A stretch of 64,000 nt of DNA from a virus. Lineage: Duplodnaviria > Caudoviricetes. The notes beneath the pieces are model-generated. The model saw only the letters and a list, made by a program, of their open reading frames with translations, made no database searches and was not told the DNA's origin. Positions 45,174 to 53,876 of this stretch are shown one piece after another (the first letter of the stretch is position 1; each line of letters opens with the position of its first letter). Both the position numbers and the translations under genes were made by a program. The stretch covers positions 2,451-66,450 of the IMG/VR virus record IMGVR_UViG_3300017754_001850. One strand, written 5' to 3'.

Positions 45174-45782
45174 ATGATGCCTTACTCTAAAAAAAGAATT
45201 GGTATCTACAGGATCCTGAATACGGAAAACGGGAAGTGTTACGTTGGTCAGTCCAGGAACTTGTACAAGCGGATGTCCGAACATAAACGATTGCTGTGCC
45301 TTGGGAAGCATCCAAATCAAAAACTGCAACATGCGTACAAAAAGTACGGAGAGGCTAGTTTTAAGTTTTCAATTGAAATTGAGTGCGAAGACCCATCTGA
45401 CCTAGACTCTATCGAAATGATGTTTATTTCTGGTGAGGCTCGTTTTGATGATGATACCGCATCCTACAATATTTGCCGTCAAACGACTTCAGGGATGGCT
45501 GGCAGGAAACACTCTGAGGCTACAAGGATTAAGATCGCAGCTAACAGGAAGCCAGTTGCTGATGTGGCTAGGTGGCGAAAGCACTTGATCGATGGAGCTA
45601 TTCGATCAGCTATGACCGACCCGCATCGACGCAAGCAGATTGAGGCAGTCATATATTTGACTGAGATGAGAAATTGCGATTTGGCACGATTGATCGGTAA
45701 AGACCCTTCGACATGCCTGAGAATGACAAAACGCTACAGAAACTTGTACCAAAAAGGAATCCTCAATGAATACCTCTTTTAG
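45174..45782 (+). CDS. GIY-YIG homing endonuclease
   Basis: GIYRILN..NGKCYVGQS.NL.KR..EH; NUMOD3-like GRKHSEATR.KI. Confidence 0.92.
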   Translation: MMPYSKKRIGIYRILNTENGKCYVGQSRNLYKRMSEHKRLLCLGKHPNQKLQHAYKKYGEASFKFSIEIECEDPSDLDSIEMMFISGEARFDDDTASYNICRQTTSGMAGRKHSEATRIKIAANRKPVADVARWRKHLIDGAIRSAMTDPHRRKQIEAVIYLTEMRNCDLARLIGKDPSTCLRMTKRYRNLYQKGILNEYLF

Positions 45783-46266
45783 CGGCCCAGTCCGGTCCGA
45801 GAACGGCTTCGCTGCGTATCGCACGGCCTCTTCCACTTCTAACGTATCCATCGCTCTCGCCACTCAAGGCGTGGGCGTGGTCGTCCCCACAGTTGGCCCG
45901 ATCGTGAACTTCACGACGGTGACCACGGACGCCACGGCTGGGGATGTGACATACACCGCAGCGCAGGTTAAAGGTGGCCTGATCCTTCGGGATCCTGGGG
46001 CTAACCGCGCTGACCTGTTCCCGACTGCCGCCGCGCTCGTAGCCGCGTTGCCGTCGTGCGTGGTTGGCACCTCGCTTGTCGTCCATATCCGCAATGAGGC
46101 GAACGGCGCTGAGACGATTACCATGACGACGAATACCGGCCTAACGCTGAGCGGCACGATGACGATCGCTCAGAATAACGCTAAGTCGTTCCTGATCGTT
46201 TTGACGAACGTGACCTCTGGCGCGGAAGCGGCGACGGTCTACTCTCTCGGCACCGTGGTGTTCTAA
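45766..46266 (+). CDS. putative head decoration/structural protein
   Basis: MNTSFSGPVRSENGF start; beta-rich; follows the capsid gene. Confidence 0.65.
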   Translation: MNTSFSGPVRSENGFAAYRTASSTSNVSIALATQGVGVVVPTVGPIVNFTTVTTDATAGDVTYTAAQVKGGLILRDPGANRADLFPTAAALVAALPSCVVGTSLVVHIRNEANGAETITMTTNTGLTLSGTMTIAQNNAKSFLIVLTNVTSGAEAATVYSLGTVVF

Positions 46267-46267
46267 T

Positions 46268-46588
46268 ATGTCAAAGCCAATGTCTATTTCGACAGATGGC
46301 GTCTCCGTCTCCAGTGTAGCGGGGCTTTGCCATTACATCGCTCCCTTCTCGGCGTCCGTCTTTACGACGGTCACCGGGACGGCGACGTACACGCTACAGT
46401 ACACAAACGACAATATCCAAGCGGCGGGGTTTGATCCATCGACGGCGAACTGGCAATCGCATCCTCAAATGACAGGTGCGACGGTTAGCGGACTGGTCGA
46501 GTTTACCGCGCCCGTCGTGGCGGTTCGTTTGAATCAAACGGTAGGGGCGGGTTCAGTCGCCGGGAAGGTAACACAGGCTGGTCTATGA
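46268..46588 (+). CDS. putative structural protein
   Basis: TATYTLQYT.D...P...AVRLNQT.G.GSV. Confidence 0.65.
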   Translation: MSKPMSISTDGVSVSSVAGLCHYIAPFSASVFTTVTGTATYTLQYTNDNIQAAGFDPSTANWQSHPQMTGATVSGLVEFTAPVVAVRLNQTVGAGSVAGKVTQAGL

Positions 46589-47619
46589 GACTCGTATTGC
46601 TGTTGATTGCTATGGCCCCAGCGTGGGCGCAGTTCGGGGCGGCTGTCCAAGTGGTCAACGGGAATGGGGTTCCGAACCCAGCTTACTGTGCCAGCTCTAA
46701 TAACGTCGGCATGGTGTATGCGCGGAAAGATGGGGCGGCGGCGAACACGACGTTCTACGTCTGCTCGAACACTGGTGCGTCCACGTATGAGTGGGCGCTT
46801 ACTGGTGGCGGTGGCGGGACTGGTGACGTTGAAGGAGGGACGAACTTAACGACATCCGGAGCCATCCCGTATGTGTCGGCGGCTGCGACTCTGGATGAAG
46901 ACGGGTCGTTCTTGCGGGTGAGCACGGGGAAGTACACTTTACTGGACCCCACGGCGGTGACTGGAGACTCGAAGTTCGTCGTTAAGAACGGGGCTGGACA
47001 GGCGGCTAATCTGCAGGAGTGGCAGGACAGCGGTGGGACGGCGATGGCTGGAGTCACCAAAGAAGGCTACGGATTCTTCGGATCTACGCCGGGAATGCAG
47101 TTGCGGGGAGACACGGCGCAGTTGTCGATCTTTGATACCTCTGCCAGTCGGCATCTTTTCGCGATTCAGAACTCGGCTCTGATCGGCATATCAGCAGGCG
47201 CTGCGTTGGCTTGGTCGAATGGCAATCAAGCCACCGGCACCGTTGACGCTGGGTTTGCCCGTAATGGTGATGGGATTGTTGAGGTCAACAACGGCACGGC
47301 GGGTACTCTCCGCGACCTCATTCAGCGCCACCCGTTAGCTGGTGGCACGTCGCCAACGATCACGTCAGGCTTTGGCACTACGCCATCCATCGCGGGGAAA
47401 GACGCTGCCGGTCGGATAACTGTAGGCTCCGGTGGCACGGCTGCTACAGGGACCATCACATTCGGCACTGCTTGGGCGACGGCCCCGGTTTGTACAGCCG
47501 CGAACGAGACTACGCAATTAGCCTTATTCCCCACGGCTACCACCACGACGCTCGTATTGGCGTCGACGACGCCGTTCACAGCCGCCGACAAGCTCGTCTA
47601 TCAGTGCATCGGATACTAA
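46585..47619 (+). CDS. fibre-like protein with Sec-type signal peptide
   Basis: MRLVLLLIAMAPAWA|Q; N-terminal module 33/58 identical to that of 2829-4622. Confidence 0.7.
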   Translation: MRLVLLLIAMAPAWAQFGAAVQVVNGNGVPNPAYCASSNNVGMVYARKDGAAANTTFYVCSNTGASTYEWALTGGGGGTGDVEGGTNLTTSGAIPYVSAAATLDEDGSFLRVSTGKYTLLDPTAVTGDSKFVVKNGAGQAANLQEWQDSGGTAMAGVTKEGYGFFGSTPGMQLRGDTAQLSIFDTSASRHLFAIQNSALIGISAGAALAWSNGNQATGTVDAGFARNGDGIVEVNNGTAGTLRDLIQRHPLAGGTSPTITSGFGTTPSIAGKDAAGRITVGSGGTAATGTITFGTAWATAPVCTAANETTQLALFPTATTTTLVLASTTPFTAADKLVYQCIGY

Positions 47620-47620
47620 A

Positions 47621-48565
47621 ATGACAAACCGAGAAAAGCTACTCCTCATACTCACTGTTTTTGTCGGCTTGTTCCTTGGCCGATCACTCGCAGCGCAGAC
47701 GGCTGGAACGCCATCACAGATCAAAGGTACCGGCGCTCCGTCGTCGGGGCTTTGCATCGCGGGGAGTGTTGGTCAAGAATACTTCCAGACCGATGCGACC
47801 GCTGGGCAGAATGTCTTCAAATGCACCTCCGCTGGCGTATGGACGCAAGCCAGTGCGGCGACGACAGAGATCCAGAGCGGCGGCATTTCGTACTGCGCCT
47901 CCGCTACCGGAAATGACTCTTATGCCTGCAACTTCTCCCCGGCGTTCACTGCCTACGATACGAACGGCACTTGCGTCTCCGGCGAGATTTGCACCGGCAC
48001 CGTGATCCAGTTTTACGCCGATGTCCAGAACACAGGGACAGCCACATTCGCGCCGAACGGGCTGGCAGGAAAGACGATCCGCAAGGGCGGAAAGAACGCA
48101 ACGCTGACCACGGGGGACATCGAGGCTGGTCAGGTCGTAACGCTGGCCTACAATCGAGTCGCCGACGTGTGGCAATATCAATCGCAGTTATCGACGGTGG
48201 TGAGCGGGTCACCGTCCTACGAGATGTACCAGTGGGGGCTTTGCATTGGATCATCTTGTGCGGTGGCTTCAAACCTCACGGCCTACGTCATCGTCTCTCA
48301 GGCGGTAACGCTGACTAAGTGCTACGCTTCAGCAAAAACAGCACCAACCGGCGCTGATCTAATTATCGACATCAAGAACGCTGGCACTTCGATATTCGGC
48401 GGCGGGACTAAGCTCGTGATCGCTGCGTCTGCCACTACCGGCAATCAAGCCACCATCGCCAACGCAGCTCTCGCGGAGAGCGCAAACTTAACCATCGACA
48501 TTACTCAAGTCGGCTCAACCATCGCAGGGCAGGACGTATCCGTGAAGTGCAAGGGATCGTATTGA
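47621..48565 (+). CDS. fibre-like protein with Sec-type signal peptide
   Basis: ...GLFLGRSLAA|Q; NTGTATFAPNGLAGKTIRK...GDIEAGQV tail-fibre domain; 10 Cys. Confidence 0.7.
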   Translation: MTNREKLLLILTVFVGLFLGRSLAAQTAGTPSQIKGTGAPSSGLCIAGSVGQEYFQTDATAGQNVFKCTSAGVWTQASAATTEIQSGGISYCASATGNDSYACNFSPAFTAYDTNGTCVSGEICTGTVIQFYADVQNTGTATFAPNGLAGKTIRKGGKNATLTTGDIEAGQVVTLAYNRVADVWQYQSQLSTVVSGSPSYEMYQWGLCIGSSCAVASNLTAYVIVSQAVTLTKCYASAKTAPTGADLIIDIKNAGTSIFGGGTKLVIAASATTGNQATIANAALAESANLTIDITQVGSTIAGQDVSVKCKGSY

Positions 48566-48566
48566 T

Positions 48567-49565
48567 ATGGCTGAAATCGCCCCGCATGATCTAACCACAA
48601 ACACGAGCCACTCTCCATATGTGGCGAGTTCGTCTACGTTTTTCGCCTCACTCCCAGCGTTCAAGGCTTTTGATGGGTCTGACACGACATACTGGCTAGG
48701 CACAAATGGCGGTGTTGATTGGCTGCAAATGGACCTCGGGTTCGGCTACGCGGCCACACTGGATTCATACCAAATTCAAGTCAACTCGGTTCCTGAACCA
48801 AACCGAGCGCCAAAAGACTTTACAATGCAGGGCAGTAACGATGGATCTTCGTTTACAACCCTAGACACACAGACCAGCCAAACCGGATGGACTTCTGGCG
48901 AGAGACGAACGTATACCTTGGGAGCGACGTCGGCAGCTTATAGGTTTTTTCGGTTAAACATAACGGCAAATAACGGTGATGCGACCTACACTCAAACCGC
49001 TGAACTGTATTTGCTTGGGACGGTAACAGCAACGCTTGACGTTGGATTCGCCCCTCACGACATGACGAGTGGAGCAAGCCATTCTCCGTTCGTGGCGACG
49101 GCATCCAGCAACAACGGGTTTGATCCTGCATATCAAGCGTTTGATGGCATCGAGTATCCAGTTGAGACTGGAATGCGATGGATCGGTGTTGGATCTGGAG
49201 TAGATTGGCTGAAGCTGGACTGCGGCGACCGCTATATATTGAGTTCATACGCAGTGGCGGTTTACAATGGTGACCCGACGTCCGCTCCTCAGGACTGGAC
49301 GATGGAGGGCAGCAATGATGATTCCACATGGGCCACTCTGGACACCGTGACAGCGCAAACTGGATGGACCTACCCAACCGATGCCCGTGTATTTTCCTGT
49401 GACGTGGCAACCACCGCTTACCGATATTTCCGATTGAACATCACCGACAACAACGGCGGGGCGACTGACACACAGGTCGGGGAACTGTATTTATACGGAG
49501 TCCTCTCTAATGGCATCGCTAACGTCATCGGCGCAAACATTCCAGGTCAGAATTACGGATACTAA
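48567..49565 (+). CDS. tandem discoidin (F5/8 type C, CBM32-like) domain protein
   Basis: Two repeats of AFDG...W...DWL..D.G...P.DWTM.GSND...W.TLD...YRYFRLNIT. Confidence 0.85.
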   Translation: MAEIAPHDLTTNTSHSPYVASSSTFFASLPAFKAFDGSDTTYWLGTNGGVDWLQMDLGFGYAATLDSYQIQVNSVPEPNRAPKDFTMQGSNDGSSFTTLDTQTSQTGWTSGERRTYTLGATSAAYRFFRLNITANNGDATYTQTAELYLLGTVTATLDVGFAPHDMTSGASHSPFVATASSNNGFDPAYQAFDGIEYPVETGMRWIGVGSGVDWLKLDCGDRYILSSYAVAVYNGDPTSAPQDWTMEGSNDDSTWATLDTVTAQTGWTYPTDARVFSCDVATTAYRYFRLNITDNNGGATDTQVGELYLYGVLSNGIANVIGANIPGQNYGY

Positions 49566-49574
49566 AGGAATCAA

Positions 49575-50270
49575 ATGGCAACTTCAGGCAGCACAGTCTT
49601 CAACCCGTCCATTGTCGAGATGCTTCAAGAGGCCTATGAACGTGCTGGGCTAGAGATGCGTAGCGGCTACGACGTGACGACTGGCAGGCGGTCGTTCAAC
49701 CTGCTTATGGTTGAGTTCGCCAATATGCAACTTAACATGTGGTCAGAGGAGTCCGTGTCATTGTCGCTTGCTCAAGGCACCACGTCGTATGCGCTGGCTG
49801 CTGATACGGTAGACGTGATCGAAGGTACAATTCGCCTTAATGCGGGGAACACGACGACGCAGAGCGATCTGGTCATCAGCCGCACCAGTATGTACGACTA
49901 CATCGCAGTGCCTAACAAGTTGGTTCAAGGACAGCCAACGCAGTACGCGGTAGAGCGAGGGACGGACACCCCGACCGTGTACTTCTACCCGACGCCTGAT
50001 GGCGCTCAATCTTACACGTTTTTCTATCGGCGGCTGCGTCGGCTTCAGAACGCAGGCACTACTGGTGCAGTGACAGCCGACACGAGTTTCCGCTTCTACG
50101 ATGCGGTGATTGCCGGGTTGGCGTACCGTATCGCGTCCAAGCGCCGGGAGGCAATGGCGCTCATCCCTCAAATGAAGGCCGCGTATGATGAGGCGCTTCT
50201 CCTCGCACAAGACGAGGACAGGGATCGCGCGTCTCTCATGCTCGTGCCGTATGCCAATCAGCGATACTAA
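49575..50270 (+). CDS. head-tail adaptor / tail tubular protein A-like
   Basis: EAYERAG...RRSFNLL, PNK..QG.PTQY, GLAYRIA.K. Confidence 0.75.
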   Translation: MATSGSTVFNPSIVEMLQEAYERAGLEMRSGYDVTTGRRSFNLLMVEFANMQLNMWSEESVSLSLAQGTTSYALAADTVDVIEGTIRLNAGNTTTQSDLVISRTSMYDYIAVPNKLVQGQPTQYAVERGTDTPTVYFYPTPDGAQSYTFFYRRLRRLQNAGTTGAVTADTSFRFYDAVIAGLAYRIASKRREAMALIPQMKAAYDEALLLAQDEDRDRASLMLVPYANQRY

Positions 50271-50278
50271 AGGAAGAT

Positions 50279-50653
50279 ATGTCTCAATACACCACTCTTC
50301 AAGAAGCAAAGACCAACGAGCGGAAGCTGAAGGTCTTGATGCCGACCTACGGAATCGTCGAGTTCCCTGGGTTGACCACGCCGTTAGTCGATGACGGCAA
50401 CACTCATGAGTACGGTATCGTCACCGAGCAACGGCTCGTGATCGACGGCGAGGTGAAGCGCGCCGGGGAATACATGAACGCTGGCCTTGTGGCGCAGACG
50501 TTCGCCAACGCGCCGAGTGCGACCGAGGCGGCTATCCGCTTGGTCAGCATGAACAAGCCCGGCATGAGCCGTGCGGACGCGATCGGCGTTATCAATTCGA
50601 TCCCCGCCGTTTCGTCGGCGACGGAAGGCGTTTTGATCGAGGCGTTCAAATGA
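50279..50653 (+). CDS. hypothetical protein
   Basis: 124 aa; SD AAGGAAG. Confidence 0.7.
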   Translation: MSQYTTLQEAKTNERKLKVLMPTYGIVEFPGLTTPLVDDGNTHEYGIVTEQRLVIDGEVKRAGEYMNAGLVAQTFANAPSATEAAIRLVSMNKPGMSRADAIGVINSIPAVSSATEGVLIEAFK

Positions 50654-50850
50654 AGAAGAGTTGGCGCACGACACTGTTCGGCGTTGTCTCTTCGATCGCC
50701 TCTCTGATCGTGGCCGTTCCTGACGTTGTGGGCCACAACCCCGCTGCTGTGAAAGTAGCGGCGTTTGTCCTCGCCGGTGGGCTTGCTGGTATGGGGATGG
50801 TCAGCCGCGACAACAATAAGACCGACGAACAGTCGGGGGCCAAGAAATAG
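50650..50850 (+). CDS. putative holin (two TM segments)
   Basis: KSWRTTLFG...two hydrophobic helices...SRD and a charged tail. Confidence 0.55.
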   Translation: MKKSWRTTLFGVVSSIASLIVAVPDVVGHNPAAVKVAAFVLAGGLAGMGMVSRDNNKTDEQSGAKK

Positions 50851-51153
50851 ATGGCATACGCAAGCGGGTACAAAGCTCTCGGCATTTGCGACATTTGCGG
50901 CTTTAGCTGCAAGTACACGGAGATGCGGGAGTACGTCTTCAATCAGGTGCCTAACGGACTGAAGGTGTGCCCGACTTGCTTTGACATCGACAACCAGCAG
51001 TTGCAGGTTGGAAAGAACGCCATCCCTGAAGCCATTGCACTGTGGAGGCCGCGACCGGACAGCGGCATTCCATTTTGCCGTGGCTTTTTTGGATGGGCAC
51101 CAGTCGTTGGCCTGCAAGTTCAGGTTACACTGGGACAGGTAACGGTCACTTAA
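50851..51153 (+). CDS. zinc-ribbon structural-module protein
   Basis: CDICGF...VCPTCFD..N.QL. Confidence 0.75.
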   Translation: MAYASGYKALGICDICGFSCKYTEMREYVFNQVPNGLKVCPTCFDIDNQQLQVGKNAIPEAIALWRPRPDSGIPFCRGFFGWAPVVGLQVQVTLGQVTVT

Positions 51154-51166
51154 AAAGGAGCATGAC

Positions 51167-51265
51167 ATGAAGGGACGCGACACGAACAAACAGAAGCCGA
51201 ATGCGCAGCCAAAGGCCCCCAAGCCGATGAAGTCTGGCGGCATGGCGAAGAAAAAGGGCTGCTGA
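51167..51265 (+). CDS. 32-aa Lys-rich peptide with GG motif
   Basis: MKGRDTNKQKPNAQPKAPKPMKSGGMAKKKGC after AAGGAG. Confidence 0.55.
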   Translation: MKGRDTNKQKPNAQPKAPKPMKSGGMAKKKGC

Positions 51266-51269
51266 GTAG

Positions 51270-51890
51270 GTGACGTATACTGAGCTAGTTGCGCTGCTGC
51301 AGGATTATTTGGAGAACTCCGAAGACGGGTTCGTCGCCAATATTCCGCAGATCGTGCAGCAAGCTGAGGCGCGCATTTACAACGCCTGCCGCACTGTTGA
51401 CAGCCGCAAGACGGTCACTGATGTGGTGTCGACCAACACGATTGTCCCGCCTGAAGACTTCATTGAACCGCTGTACCTGATGGTCAATGGCACGATGATG
51501 ATGCAGCGGCAGAAATCCTACTTGCGGACGGTGTGGGGCGACACGACCGGCACGCCATCCGATTACTGCCTGGACTACACGACGCTGTACAGCGGGGCTT
51601 CGACAATCTTCATCGCGCCAGTGCCAACGGTTGAAGTGTCGTATGAACTCAGCTACGCGGGCGCTCCGTACTCGATCGTTGACCAGGAAGTCACCTACGT
51701 GTCCAACAACTTCCCTGAGGCGCTTCTGTACGGGTGCTTAGTGGAAGGATATGCGTACAACAAGGGCGAGCAGGATATGATGGCGGTGTACCAAGGCCGG
51801 TTCGATTCTGCGTTGGCGCTTCTTATCAAGTCGGCTGAGAAGTTGCAACTCACCGACGAGTATCGCAACCCGCCCGAGAGGATTCAATAG
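51270..51890 (+). CDS. head-tail connector protein
   Basis: MTYTEL...QQAE.RI, EALLYG.LVE. Confidence 0.75.
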   Translation: MTYTELVALLQDYLENSEDGFVANIPQIVQQAEARIYNACRTVDSRKTVTDVVSTNTIVPPEDFIEPLYLMVNGTMMMQRQKSYLRTVWGDTTGTPSDYCLDYTTLYSGASTIFIAPVPTVEVSYELSYAGAPYSIVDQEVTYVSNNFPEALLYGCLVEGYAYNKGEQDMMAVYQGRFDSALALLIKSAEKLQLTDEYRNPPERIQ

Positions 51891-51892
51891 CC

Positions 51893-52342
51893 ATGGCGTT
51901 CACCGGCAGTTACGTCTGCACGTCGTTTTACACCGGCCTGCTGAACAAGGACTTTGACATTACTGTAGATACCTTGAAGGTAGCGCTGTACGACGATACT
52001 GCAACGCTCACTGAGGCGACGACAGCGTATACGTTAACGGGCGAACTGCCCACCGCTGGGAACTACACGGCTGGCGGTACGGCGGTCACGGCAACGATCA
52101 CAACGGCGTCTACGCAGAACGGGACTGTCGTGATTGTAGACTTCACTGACGCCATCTGGGCGGCGGCTACGTTTACGACGCGAGGGGCGCTGCTGTATGA
52201 CGTGACGAATGCGAACGCTGCGATTGCGGTGATCGACTTCGGGTCCAACAAGACGTTCACGGCTGCGACGTGTACGGTTCAGTTCCCTGCGGCGACAGCG
52301 AACGCTGGGTTCCTGGTGTTCGCTACGGTGTTGGGAGGCTGA
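51893..52342 (+). CDS. tail-associated structural protein
   Basis: LKVALY...YTAGG...RGALLY...DFG. Confidence 0.7.
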   Translation: MAFTGSYVCTSFYTGLLNKDFDITVDTLKVALYDDTATLTEATTAYTLTGELPTAGNYTAGGTAVTATITTASTQNGTVVIVDFTDAIWAAATFTTRGALLYDVTNANAAIAVIDFGSNKTFTAATCTVQFPAATANAGFLVFATVLGG

Positions 52343-52343
52343 T

Positions 52344-52745
52344 GTGCAACCACTGGAGACTCCCGGTGCTATCCCAGTAGTGATGTCGCCGGGTCGGATA
52401 ACCCAGTACGCTGGGTTGTCGTTCAACTCCAGCACAGGGGTTTTCTCAGCGCCAAAGGTTTCAACGGCACTTCGCCTTCCAGTGTCAACCAAGACGACCA
52501 CGTATCAGATAGTCGCAACGGACTACATGATATGCGGAAACACTACATCGGCTGGGTTTACTGTCACGCTCCCGTCGAGTCCGTCCACTGGAGACTCGTA
52601 CTGCATAAAGCAGGTAGCGGCGGTGAACACGTTGACCGTTTCTGGTAACGGGAAGAACATTGACGGCGCGGCTTCTGTCGGGATCACGATCCAGTACATG
52701 GCGATTACGGTAGTCTACAACGGAACTGAATGGAGTATTGCGTGA
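52344..52745 (+). CDS. tail fibre-like beta-sandwich protein
   Basis: FTVTLPSSPSTGD...GNGKNIDGAAS...NGTEW. Confidence 0.7.
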   Translation: MQPLETPGAIPVVMSPGRITQYAGLSFNSSTGVFSAPKVSTALRLPVSTKTTTYQIVATDYMICGNTTSAGFTVTLPSSPSTGDSYCIKQVAAVNTLTVSGNGKNIDGAASVGITIQYMAITVVYNGTEWSIA

Positions 52746-53875
52746 GCTATACCCCAGTATTCAACAAGGTTTCCGCACTAAACGAGTCAACTACCCCGCT
52801 CGCCTCACTGGCGACGTACACTGGAACCGCCGAAGATGCTACGGCCTATGATGCCGTAGTCGTTACGGTGTTAACAGATCAGGCTGGAACGCTGTATGTA
52901 GACTTCTCGCCTAACGGGACGTCATGGGACTCATCTCTCACGTTCTCCGTTAGCGCATCGGTTCCAGAGACGCATCGCCTAACGGTTAGTCGTCGCTACT
53001 ACAGGGTTAGGCTAACCAACACGGCTGCATCCGCGCAGACCCTACTGCGGCTCCAATGCCTGATGGGCGGGTACACTGGTCTGACCGCGCCATTAAACCT
53101 CTCTGTACAGCAAGACGCAGATGCGTTGCTTGTTAAGACGGTGGACACGGAGACGCTTCTTGCTGCCGGTCAGTTTACCGGCATATCGATTGTCAATAAG
53201 TTTGGTGTTAACAATGATGTAGACACTGGCTCTATCCCAGAAGACATGTGGCGTGGCGGCGGGATCTATCCTGGGTTCCCGTTGACAACACTTGAGACTG
53301 TCTCTGTTTCATCGGCGTCTGCAAATGACGCTGCGGCTGGAACGGGAGCTAGGACTGTTTTGATAACCGGACTGAATGGCGATTACGCAGTTCAGTCCGA
53401 GACGGTCACGTTGAACGGGGTGACTCCGGTAGCGTCAGTTAATACGTTCCGCAGAGTCCACACCGCGCGAGATGTGACTGCTGGGTCGGGTGGGGTGAAC
53501 GCCGGGATCATCACGGCAACACACACTACAACAACGGCAAACATATTCTTCGCCATGCCGGTCGGCTTCAATCAAACGCAAGTGGGTGGATACACGGTCC
53601 CTGCTGGGTACACCGCATACCTCCGCCACATCGAGGCTGGTATCCTAGGAACGACATCTAACTCTGCGTCCATCGCATTGTGGATACGGCAGTTTGGCGA
53701 TGCGGCTCGAATGCGCCGTCCGTTCGGATGCGGGGTAGGATTCTTCTACTCATCGAATATTTACGGGGGGCTTAGCTTGCCAGAGAAGACAGATATTATC
53801 CCTCGCGTTACAGCGGTTACCGCGAACAACACCGATCTGTTCTGTTCCTACGATTTAGTTCTGGTGAAAAACTAA
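52742..53875 (+). CDS. tail-associated structural protein
   Basis: GTG start 52742; NKFG.N.DVDTG, VSSASAND..AGTGARTV. Confidence 0.7.
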   Translation: MSYTPVFNKVSALNESTTPLASLATYTGTAEDATAYDAVVVTVLTDQAGTLYVDFSPNGTSWDSSLTFSVSASVPETHRLTVSRRYYRVRLTNTAASAQTLLRLQCLMGGYTGLTAPLNLSVQQDADALLVKTVDTETLLAAGQFTGISIVNKFGVNNDVDTGSIPEDMWRGGGIYPGFPLTTLETVSVSSASANDAAAGTGARTVLITGLNGDYAVQSETVTLNGVTPVASVNTFRRVHTARDVTAGSGGVNAGIITATHTTTTANIFFAMPVGFNQTQVGGYTVPAGYTAYLRHIEAGILGTTSNSASIALWIRQFGDAARMRRPFGCGVGFFYSSNIYGGLSLPEKTDIIPRVTAVTANNTDLFCSYDLVLVKN

Positions 53876-53876
53876 T

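Noticed and set aside
44139-45782. Group I intron in the capsid gene hosting the GIY-YIG
   Set aside because: The capsid ORF ends with its expected C-terminal motif and a stop, and the next gene has its own start. No intron core was seen.
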